From positions 27,110,218 through 27,145,729 of the forward strand of contig NC_068997.1 in the NCBI RefSeq assembly GCF_001194135.2: a DNA stretch of 35,512 nt. Direction: 5' to 3'. The position numbers were made by a program, and so were the translations under genes. Source of the stretch: Octopus bimaculoides (taxonomy: Eukaryota). The first letter of the stretch is position 1, and every line of letters starts with the position of its first letter. The notes under the pieces are model-generated. The model was not told the DNA's origin. It saw only the letters and a program-made list of their open reading frames with translations, and did no database searches. Shown in pieces: positions 1 to 11,401 of the stretch.

Positions 1-41
<41 letters not shown>

Positions 42-53
42 ATATATTTAATA

Positions 54-243
54 TATACGGGGTTTAACTTCAAGCTGCTGTAAGATTCATGCTTCTGAAA
101 ATACAATGGTCAGACAATCTTGATAGCATGCCACTTATTTCCAAACAATCCAGGGTTACTTGGAAATACTTGGTAAGTTATGTCTGACCGCTGTGTTTTC
201 AGAAGTATGAAACTAATAGTAGCTCAAATTTAAATCCAGTATA
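54..243. mobile_element. Fold-back MITE with long terminal inverted repeats, TA-flanked (Tc1/mariner-like)
   Basis: 54-116 vs reverse complement of 181-243: 50/63 identical; inner tatttccaa/ttggaaata pair; sits in TA-rich DNA. Confidence 0.65.
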
Positions 244-361
244 TATATTAAATGATATTTTTCTCTCACTGGATGGAGTACTTTTATGTTGATTCCACCC
301 ATATCACATAACAGAACAGTACATTATATATATATGTATATATACACACACGCACATATAA

Positions 362-600
362 ATCATCATCATTTTAACATCTACTTTTACCTGCATTGAT
401 TAGATGAGATTTTTTTTGAGAGAGACTTTCAATGGCTTGATACCTTTTCAGTCATCAATCGTTGCTTGTTTCCAACTAAGGTAATAATAATTCCCTAACG
501 ACCAGAAGATTGGGAAGGAGCAACACTTCTTATATGATGCTGGCACTAATTTACAACTATATTTAATGTTAAGACAAGGTGCATACACACTCACACACAT
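362..600 (-). mobile_element. GAT-tailed retroposon family D, diverged
   Basis: catcatcattttaacatctactttt..gtttccaactaaggtaata..atttacaacta. Confidence 0.5.
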
Positions 601-625
601 ATACATTTGTAAATATATGTTCATC

Positions 626-775
626 TTGGACTTCCACACAGTTTCCATCTACCAAATCCACTCATGAAATTTTGCTCAGCCAGGTGCTATAATAGGAAAC
701 AATTGCCCAAGTGCCATGCTGTGGTGCGACTGGGCTGGGAAGGAAGCTTCCTAACCACACAGCTATGCATGCACC
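626..775 (-). mobile_element. tRNA-headed SINE family A, 5' half
   Basis: Shares 'ctaccaaatccactca..ttgcccaag..aaccacacagc' with many copies in window; ttgggcaa CORE-like segment. Confidence 0.7.
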
Positions 776-1339
776 AGACACCTGTTTCTGTCTCTCTCTG
801 TCACACCAACCTTTCATCATCTGGTACATGATCACCTCCTCCAATGCCCCCTCCCCTCAAAGGATCTTTGTGTTGCTAGTTACTTGGTGATCCTGTCAGT
901 GTTGATGCCATGTAAAAAGTATCCAGTCCACATTGTAAAGTGGCTGGAAGGGCATCCATTACTGGCTTTGTGCCAAAATTTGAAACCATTATTACATTAT
1001 TATTTGTCATTTAATATCATATTTTCTATTATTATTATTAAAGATTTAACTATGGTTATAATTCCCAAAATACTATTTCTAGCTGGAATATTACATATTT
1101 TTAGACGTAATATCTCATACTCAACATTTGTATTCTATGTATTTCACCAACCTTTTAAATATTGTACATGTATATAGAATAATGTTTGTTAATATTTATT
1201 ATGCACTTGTATTTGTTCAGTCAGTTCCTTTTCTTGTTCTTGTTGCTGCTCAAAAATATTAAATGTTTGAAGATTGAATTCTGGGGGAATGTTGTTTTTG
1301 TTTTGTAGCATTATTATTATTTGTCTTTCTTCATGTTCA

Positions 1340-1720
1340 TTCTGTAAATGAGATGCTATATCGATATCACATTTTCTGTTGTCATATCACTGTAGCTCTT
1401 GTTCAATGTATAAATGTGATACTTCTTTAGCTTTTGACTTAATCATGGAGTAAATGTGAAATTGTCATAGGTTTTGTCATCTTGTTCATGGTATAAGTGT
1501 GATAATGCTAGAGTTTTTCTTCCTTATTTATGGTATCAATGTGATATCACTCTAACTCTTACCCTTTTATTCTTGGTATGTATGTGATATTGGTATTCCC
1601 TTTGTTTTCTTATGATATGTGATATTGCTATAGCTTTTGTTTTGTTTATTGTATAAATGTGATATCTTTATAGTACTTCACTTCTCATTGTATAAATCTG
1701 ATAAATATTCTAATTTTGTT
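1340..1720. repeat. Degenerate minisatellite, period about 35-43 bp
   Basis: Recurring tgtataaatgtgatat-like anchor, about 8-9 times. Confidence 0.6.
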
Positions 1721-2722
1721 TTTCTATATTTTATTCCAAATTCATTTCTCTTCCAAACATTAATAAAATATGCAAAAAAAATTTACATAAATAAATCTGT
1801 AAATATTTTATAAAAATAAAGATACTTTATTGAAATGTTTCATATTTTGCATTTTTTGTTTTTTGTATAAGTGTGTGTGTAATGGTCAAGTAATCAAGAT
1901 GTATTTATTGTATAATGGTCCAGAACACAGATTTGACTGTTATTTCTAGCATGCCTTGTTGACTGTTATTTAATTCTAAGTCAAGCCTTGCTACTGAATA
2001 GATGACTTAACTTTTAAACTCAAGCCATAATTTATTAATCACTCGTTTATCCCTGATCAAAAGTATTCCAACCATGACCTTCACTTTTATTTTCTGATAT
2101 AGAGCTTCTTAAATCTAAGTGCTTCTGCATCAAGTGACACATGAAGCAAAGTACACCAGCAGGACTGGTTGGCAGTCACTCTACAATCTCCAGCAGGAGA
2201 TGAATGCTGTGACGCTCTTGTGCTTTGAACTGTTTACATAGCTTGGGGTTTTTTCCAAGGACAGAGTACTAACCTGAAGATCAATCACTTGGATTTCGGA
2301 AAGAGACTTGAAGTGGAGCTGTCCCTATTGACTGCTAGCTGAGCTCTACAAAGTATAGTGTGGGTCACCTTAAGTCACGAACACCTAATCGTTGACTTGC
2401 TGTAGCCGCTCTGCCTGCTTAGTGGTGCAGTGTCACCCTCCCACCCCTTCCTTGTGCTTCAGCCCACCATTTGAGGTGGTGTATTGGGTGTGGCAATTGG
2501 AACCAGCACAGGAGAGATTTAGGGATTTAAAGTGGCCCATTATTAGTTATGCACCACTGTATAATATTGACAATTCTACATGTGATCTTAGACTTGAAGA
2601 AATGTATTATATAATTACTTCTAAATTAATATTATTAAATTTTAATAGTAATTTTATAATGAAATGTCGCAAATTTGTGAAGGCATTTCAATTTTTCAAT
2701 TCTTAATTATAATTGCTTTTCA

Positions 2723-3870
2723 TCTATATATATAAAAATGAGAATGTGTGTCTGTCTGTCTGTCTGTGTGTGTGTGTGTGTGTGTGAATCCCTAAAACTC
2801 GAGAACTACACAACCAATTTCATTCAAATTTTACAGATGCCTTACTTAGGGTTCCAGTTGTGTTTTAGTCAAAAGAATTTTTTAACTTCTTGCAGAGTTC
2901 GAGCCCACGGCAACATAATATCTCCTCCATTATTTAAGTATTACGTGTCAAAAGTGAAACAAAAACACTCATGTCAAATACTTTCACTTTAAAAATGAAA
3001 CTATTCCACTAACTGAAACAATCACATTTCGATACTGNNNNNNNNNNNNNNNNNNNNNNNNNNNNNNNNNNNNNNNNNNNNNNNNNNNNNNNNNNNNNNN
3101 NNNNNNNNNNNNNNNNNNNNNNNNNNNNNNNNNNNNNNNNNNNNNNNNNNNNNNNNNNNNNNNNNNNNNNNNNNNNNNNNNNNNNNNNNNNNNNNNNNNN
3201 NNNNNNNNNNNNNNNNNNNNNNNNNNNNNNNNNNNNNNNNNNNNNNNNNNNNNNNNNNNNNNNNNNNNNNNNNNNNNNNNNNNNNNNNNNNNNNNNNNNN
3301 NNNNNNNNNNNNNNNNNNNNNNNNNNNNNNNNNNNNNNNNNNNNNNNNNNNNNNNNNNNNNNNNNNNNNNNNNNNNNNNNNNNNNNNNNNNNNNNNNNNN
3401 NNNNNNNNNNNNNNNNNNNNNNNNNNNNNNNNNNNNNNNNNNNNNNNNNNNNNNNNNNNNNNNNNNNNNNNNNNNNNNNNNNNNNNNNNNNNNNNNNNNN
3501 NNATATACTTACATTGTGATTTCTGCAATGTAGTGCATAAATTGTCAAGTAAATGAGATGCATCTTTGTCTCCACTGATTCACTTGCAAAGTGTTGAGTA
3601 AAATTATTTCGTTGCAGACCTCCTTTGAGTCTTTTTATTATCACTGCGACACACATAGTCCCCAGTTGGTAACATTGATTTCAAGGCCTTCCCAGATGAG
3701 AGACTGGCATTCCACTTAATGTCTATGTTCCATGCTGGCATGGATTGGAGAGTTATTAATGTAGAAATATGATATCGTAGCTACTAACAGTTGAGGGTTG
3801 TGTAGTCTAGATGGCGTTTTTAGATTTCATTATTCTCTTTAACCCGGGCAAAGCCGGGTATTTCTGCTAG
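2723..3870 (+). mobile_element. Non-autonomous Helitron (interrupted by N-gap 3038-3502)
   Basis: 5' A|TC-TATATATATAAAA; 3' hairpin ACCCGG-gcaaag-CCGGGT (3842-3859) then CTAG|T at 3867-3871; A-T target site. Continuity across the gap is assumed. Confidence 0.8.
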
Positions 3871-4450
3871 TATATTATATAGTAAGCATAATTTTTCTAA
3901 AAATGTTTAATATATTTAATAGATAGGTAACTAATTGTTGTGACATAGAATCTCTATGTTTCTAATTGTTGTAACGTAGAATTCTTATGTTTATTTTGTT
4001 ATTCTTGTTATCCACTGATGCTACCAATTGTTGACTACAAAAATACCTTTTCTTAGATTATATTTCTTCTTAATGTTCTTTTTGTATGTTTGTGTACAGA
4101 AGATATTTTCTTCATTCATTTTGAATTTAACAAATTTTGGATCGCCTTGAAAATATTGTATTGACATATATTTTTAGATATATTAACTTGAAAGATATTT
4201 TCTGTCTCTAAATATGTTGATACAACAAGAACAACTATACGGTTTTGTATGGTGAATCCAACAATTAAGGATGTGATTTTCTCTGTCCATATTTTTGTTG
4301 TCTAATACTCTGAATTTCTTGAAATTCTTCTAAATGATATTTTGCTCTACTTGCCATACACGAGGAATTACCTTGAATGCATATTCTGCTTGCATTTATT
4401 GGCATCTGATTGTTTGATATAGTTAACCAAATTCATTTAAAATTGAGTGT

Positions 4451-4456
4451 TTTATT
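4451..4456 (-). terminator. Candidate polyadenylation signal for LRRC69-like gene
   Basis: AATAAA on minus strand about 175 nt after the stop; weak evidence in AT-rich DNA. Confidence 0.3.
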
Positions 4457-4630
4457 GATATTTATCTGGATTTTTTAATCCCTTTTTCTCTTCTTATATG
4501 TGTGTTAAAAAGAAAGAAAGAATTGGCAGCATATAGATGGACAGATAGGTAGCTAGAGAAAGAGAGTAGGGAGAGAGAAGTAGAAGAAAGGGGCTGATAG
4601 ATGGATAGACAGATCAGAAGAAGAGACTGT

Positions 4631-4777
4631 TTATGAAGTTTTAGTTGTGATACCAGAAACTAGGCTGATATGGACGTCTGGAGGAATGGAGAATGACTCT
4701 TTGCTTTTGAAACATTGGGAAGAACATAACAGAATCTGCATTGGTATTGGTCCTTTAGGTGTCTGTGTTTTCAGTCT
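4631..4777 (-). CDS. LRRC69: LRRC69-like terminal exon 9 ([23 protein letters not shown]...TKTS*)
   Basis: Acceptor ttgttcattccAG, phase 0, 48 codons plus TAA; CSxxC motif; not in ORF track. Confidence 0.83.
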   Translation of the reverse strand, partial: RLKTQTPKGPIPMQILLCSSQCFKSKESFSIPPDVHISLVSGITTKTS

Positions 4778-5103
4778 CTGGAATGAACAAATTTTTAAGT
4801 TATAAAACCTGACAAACCATTATGGTGTTTTAGTAAAAAAAAAAAAAAAAAAAGCACATTATTTTATTCTTTGACTGGTTTCAGTTGTTAAGTAATGGCC
4901 AAAAGGTAGCTTACTAAAGTCAATATCACTGACTCTAGTGCATTAATTCAATCAATTTCTGTGTATTTGATGAGTAACTTTTTACAAGAATACACTAACA
5001 TATTCATGGAAACTGGAATAAGCATTAAGCTTATTCCAGTTTTTGTGAAAAATGTTGCTCTATAAGACATATGGTTTCACCTTGACATGCTGTTTTCTGG
5101 ATA

Positions 5104-5138
<35 letters not shown>

Positions 5139-6068
5139 TTTAATCAATTAACCCTTTCACCCTTGTGCTAAAATTTGAAATTATCATCATCATCATCATC
5201 ATCATCATTATTATTATCATTATTACCAAGGTAGTGAGTTAGCAGAAATGTTAGCATGCTGGGAAAAATGCTTAGTGGTATTTCACCCTTTGCTACATTC
5301 TGAGTTCAAATTCGACTGAGGTCAACTTTGCCTTTCATCCTTTTGAGGGGTTGATAAATTAAGTACCAGTCAGGTACTGGGTCAATGTGATAGACTTTCC
5401 CTATCCCCCAAAATTTCAGACCTTGTGCCTATAATAGAAAGGATTATTATTATTATTATTATTTGAATCAAGCTTGAAGAGTTCAGTTTTGCTACATGAC
5501 TCAACAGCCACAGGCAAGATTTGGGTAATTACAGGGTCAAAGAATAAAGGAATTTCATTGCAAAACTTTTAATTTACTGAAAAAGTTACATTATGAAAGT
5601 TAAGATGGAAAATTCCAATAAAGATGTACCTTCTTTGCATTAAAAAATGTAACACAACTAAAATGGATATGTAAATGGAAACCATTGCATATAACACAAT
5701 GGTTGCCTTTTTCAACTATCTGCTGGATTTCCTTTCTTTCTATCATTGAATTCCACAGCATTGGATAACTAGCAAGAGAAGAAACAATATATTGAAGTTA
5801 TTTGGGACTATACTGCTTCTGAATTGGTCAACTATGTAAATATGTATAGGTGCAGGTGGAACTATAGGCACAAGTGTAGCTATAGGCACAAGTGCTACTG
5901 TATGGTTAAAAAATATGCTTCCCAATCACATGGTTCTGGGTTCAGTACCATGGTGGGATACCTTGGGCAAATATCTTCGATAGCCTTCAGCCAACCAAGA
6001 CCTTATGAGTGGATTGGATTTGGAAGACAGAAACTGAAGGAAGTTCATCAAGTACATATGTTTGTATG

Positions 6069-6113
<45 letters not shown>

Positions 6114-9100
6114 GCATAAATGGCAATTTTTGTTTGTCTGTCTGTTACCATCTTAGTGCCTAAACCAGCAAACCAATGTTCACAAAACTTTGCACACATG
6201 TTACACTAACATCCAGTTCAACAATAGGCTAATTGGATTTCAATAAAAATCTGTGATGTGCCCCCCCCCCTCCCATGGGCATTGGCCGAATTATATGATA
6301 AAATGAGAAGGTTGTAAAAAGTATTAGTCTGAGGGAAAGTAGCAACAGAGAGAGGGTGACTTATGTCAGTGAAGGGAGAACAGTGGTGGCAATAGAATGT
6401 TAATGTTACTACAGCTGTCATATACACATGACATTGCATACATACTTGAATAAATACATAGGTATAACACACACACACAAACAGAAAGGGGTGCGCGAGG
6501 AATACATAGCTTTAAGAAGAGTGGCTTTTCTGCTGTCCATCGCAAAGAAACACTTACACACAGACACACATACATGTCTACTATACACCATTTTAAACTC
6601 GTGATTATCTGTGTGTATGTTTGTAAATGTGTGTGTGTGACGTCCTATAACTCTCTGTCTCACTACTTTTGTAGGGTCTTCCCTGTTGTTGCCACATATT
6701 GTGAGATTTTAAAATTATGTCAAAATTTCCAAATTTGGTATATTGAAATAATTTTCCATGTTAAAGCCAATTTTGTTATTTATTTGTTCCCGAAAAGTTG
6801 CAGGAAAATGTTACAGAGGTTTAAAATTTCATCAATTTTACCTAATTATAAAACAGGATTTGGAAGCTGGCATTTTCTGCATGATAGCTGTCTATCATGG
6901 TCAGGTTGTTGAAGAAACCTCAGAACAAGCGCAAACATTACTACATGATGAGGGCTGCACTGAAAATTCCAAAATTTTCTCCACCATAGTGGCAATTTGG
7001 TCAACCGTATTATGAATTTGTGAAAACCTCAATGTGACTAAAGTTCTATCATGCTGGTTGAAATTAGTTCTCTATTCTCTAGAATTTGTTTGTGTCTTGC
7101 TGTCAATATCAAAAACATTATTTTTGTCTTTGAGATATACTTACTGTCTTTTCATCTCATTCATGACAAATCTCACAACCAATTCCTGCAAGAAAGATAT
7201 TCATGTATTTAACCAAACATTTCTAAAGATATATTGACGTTTATCAGATCATTTCTAAAAACATGTTGGTGCTTAACAGACCCTTTCTGAAGACATATTA
7301 ATACTTATCTAACATTTCTAAAGCTATACTGACATCTATCAGACCGTTTCTAAAGATATACTGGCATTTATCAAAGTGCAGGTGAGACCCATAATGATGT
7401 ATTATTCTCACATCTGAAACAGTTTGGCTGCTGTGACATACACAAATATTTTAAGGCTGTTTAACAGACTGGCATAAAGTCACTTACAATCACACTTAAG
7501 CCTCTGACGAACAAGTGTGCTGTCTTCAGTCTCTGCCTTTTCTACTTTACAATAGTAGCTTCTGCTCAGAACTGGTTTGGCTCATGTCACCTCCTTACAG
7601 GTATTTCTGCCCCACTTGCCTTCTCACTTCTCACCCTTGTTATGTCCAAGTCCCCCCCCCCCCAGACCTCATACTAACCAAGTAATCACTATGCATAGTC
7701 TTTCTATCCAAGAATGTCAGCACTCTGAAACTTTCTCCTGTTCATGTCTTTCCCACGTATGTTGGATTGTAGATGTTCAAGAAGAACATTAATAACATCA
7801 ATCTTCTTTTTAAATGGCCTGCAAAAAGCCGATTGGTGTTCGGACAAAACAAATTAAAAAAAACAAACAAAACCCAATCAGACATATAATACATCTTGGA
7901 CTAATATACCATTCCTCTTTTGATTTTGTTCAACCTCAGGTGTGTTCTGTCATACAAGTTGTGTTGTTCATTTCTGATCTTCAATGAAAACATATCTGAC
8001 CATGGTAAAATATTATCTTGTTTGAAAACAGTTGAAGGTTGGTGACAGGAAGAACATACAGCTATGGAAAATCTGCAACAAGGCTTTGGTGAGCCAAGGG
8101 CTATAATAGTAGATGGCATTTACCCAAAGTACCAAGCAGTGGAACTGAATGCAAAACCATGTGGTTGGGATGCAAACTGAGCAAACTTATGTTCATTGTC
8201 TTGTATAGGTTTTTTTTTTTCCTTTTTTTAAGGTGATAGTGAGTGACTTGAAAGAGATCTGGCTACTATTACTGGCTGAGCAACTATATAGGGATTGCCT
8301 TCTATGGCTCACCTACACATATAAATGGAAAAAGAGACATGAGAAGTAATTTAAATGAGGTAAAGTAAACCAGATTCACTCAGGAATTGAAACCTCACCA
8401 CCCAGTATACTGATATTGGAAATAAAGATGGTTAAAGAACGTACTTTCAGAGGAAAGATGTCTGCATCTCGATATGAAGGATTTAAATCTGATTGTAGAA
8501 GTGGATTACATTCATAGTGAAACCTCTTCAAATGTAACTTGTCAAACTGCAAAATATGAGAGTGAAATACTGTTAATTAAAGGATTGTATGATCATTTAG
8601 AGTCAAATCATCATCACCACTTTCATTTCAATCATCATAGTTTTAATATCCACTTTTCCATGCTTGCGTGAGTTGGACAAAGTTTACTGAGGTAGATTTT
8701 CAGTAGTTGGATAAACTTCCTCTTGTTCAGTTCTGGTTTTACATGAAAAACATATCTAGCCATGGAGAAATATTACCTTGCTTGGAAATAGGTGAGGCTT
8801 GGTGACATGAATGGCATTTAACTGTAGAAAATCTGCTTCAATACACTTCATCCGACCCATCAAACAGGAAAAGTGGACATTAAATGAAACAATGGTGATG
8901 AATAACACCCAATCTTCCTCAAAACATCTTGCTTGGGTCTACACATACATCTACAGATATGGTTAATATAAATGGTTAATATTGACTAACAGAAGCCCTA
9001 TAAAAGTTCTTAGAATACTGCTGATATCAATGGATATATTTTTCTGTGGACAGTAAAGGTTAATTTCTTTTCCCAATGAGTTTCTGTCTAGTTTAGCTTT

Positions 9101-9714
9101 TATAGAAGTCTAAAAAGGGGAATTTATGGTCTGCTCCTGCAGGTAAGAAGGGGGGGGGTTGAAAAGTTCCTGACTTTAAGGATATCACGAAAGGCCTGGT
9201 TTGAGGTCCAACCTTCTGAGTTCTTTTAAAGAGCTTAGAAAAACTGAAGGACAGCTGCAATAAGTGTGTGAATTTGAGAGGGGAATGTGCTAAATAAAAT
9301 CATAATTAACTGGTCCTCCTATAATTTCTTTTACCCAAATCCAGGAACTTTTCAGCACTCCCTCATACATAGTCAGATGTCTTGAAATGGTTGTAGGTAC
9401 TTGACCATGGATTGCTTATTACATTTAAGTTAATAGATCTCATTGGTAATTCACCAAACTGTTACATACCAACTGGTTACAGTGAAACACACTTCTCCCC
9501 TGCTTAATTCAATTGAATTCTCAGTTATGCTCTGGGATATCAAAAAATGTATCAAGACTACAAAATTGTTTGTTACCTCAACAGGGAAGATGTTCAGATT
9601 ATTTGAAGCAACATCAAGAACGGTCAAATGAATGCATTTAGATATACTCTGGAAATATAATGAGAATAATTTGATATATAACAAGGAAATGTAGGCATCA
9701 GATAATTTAGCATA

Positions 9715-9811
<97 letters not shown>

Positions 9812-11365
9812 TTATATATATATATGTATATGTATATATATATATATGTGTGTGTATGTATGTATATATATATATGTGTGTGTGTGTATGTATATATATA
9901 TGTGTGTGTGTGTGTGTGTACAGTTGGATATTTTCCAAGGCTGGATAAACATGTGGAACTCTGCCATTCTATAGGACTAATATAAAAATTATACAACACA
10001 AAGATGGAATTAGCAAATTACATCTGTTTCTGCACAGGACATCAGCTTTATGCTGCTGGTTTTACATTTATATATCATTAGATAAAATTATTTAGAATAA
10101 CCCTATAAATAGATACATATGAGCCAGAAATAGCTGTGTGTACTGAGTGCTTTTTATGTGGTGCCAATAATAGTGAGGTCACCAAGTAACTTGCAAGACA
10201 AAAACTTCAACTAAGGAGCGGCAAAGTTGTATTGAAGAAGATGGCTTTATACCAATGTAATTAACGTAGAAACCATGCCAACACTAACACTGGAGCATGC
10301 TGCAGCCTGGTGGTTCACCAGCTCCTGTCAAACTACCAAACCCATGCCAGCATGGAAAATGGATGTTAAATGATGAAGATGATGACAATGATGAATAAGA
10401 CAGAATTTTGGTAGTTACTCCTGGCAATTCCTGTAAATGATTCCTATGGGCGTGAAGTTCTTTGAGATTTTGGAGTGAACCTAGATTCACTGGTAATGTC
10501 ACAAGACGGTTGTATCCAATATGTAACTCCTCCAACTGTTGCAATTGACAAAGCTCTTCTGGAAGTTCAGTCAAATGGTTGTGCTCGGCACTAAAGTATT
10601 TTAAATTGATTAACCTGTAAAGCAGATAAAAACAAAACAAAATAAAACAAAATGAGCAACACTTGTTGTTGTTGTTTTTTAGCCCCAAGTTAGCTCTGAC
10701 TGATCTAATCAAAAGTATTCCAAACATGACCAATTCATTTAGTTGTTAGAATGAATTTAGTTTGCAAAATACTGGATTATTTTCATGAACACATCTCATA
10801 CATATCTCTGTATATCACATATATCTTTCTGTATAGCACCTGCATAGCTTGTCATATCACATACACTTCTCAGTATATCACATACATAACTCCATATCTC
10901 ATAAATATATCTCCATATCACATACACATCTCTGTATATCATAGACATTTCTACATATAATGCATGTGTGTATCTTCATATGTCTTAAATATATATAATT
11001 CTATTTATCTCTTGAAATTTTATAAATATTTTTCTGTATCATACAGATATTTAAGCATATTACACACATGCCACAGGACTCATCAGGCTGGTTATCCAGT
11101 TTCTCTGGAGTATAAGTGACTAAGACCACAATACTGCCTCTGAAGACGTTGGTCCACCACAGAGATACTCATTTACAGTCAAGTGGATTACAACAATGTG
11201 AAATGATCTGTTTTGCTCAAGGGCACAATGCACTGCCTGGTTCAGGAATCGAAACCATGATCTTGTGGTCATGAGGGCAACACCCTATCCACTTGACCAT
11301 AGGCCTTTACATGTAATAATTTTTCATAACACTTAAATATTTCTGGATATCATATACACATCTTG

Positions 11366-11401
<36 letters not shown>

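Noticed and set aside
3931-3992. 31-bp direct duplication (also an 18-bp duplication at 5862-5897)
   Set aside because: Two-copy slippage-type duplications with no sign of function.
5228-5330. tRNA-like A/B boxes (also about 5895 and 11250)
   Set aside because: No complete cloverleaf; these are SINE heads, not tRNA genes.
5769-5812. Apparent 2-nt frameshift (QITS/YIVSSLA) suggesting LRRC69 is a pseudogene or misassembled
   Set aside because: A 41-nt exon at 7145-7185 with good splice sites and RFVMN restores the frame exactly; this stretch is the intron's polypyrimidine tract.
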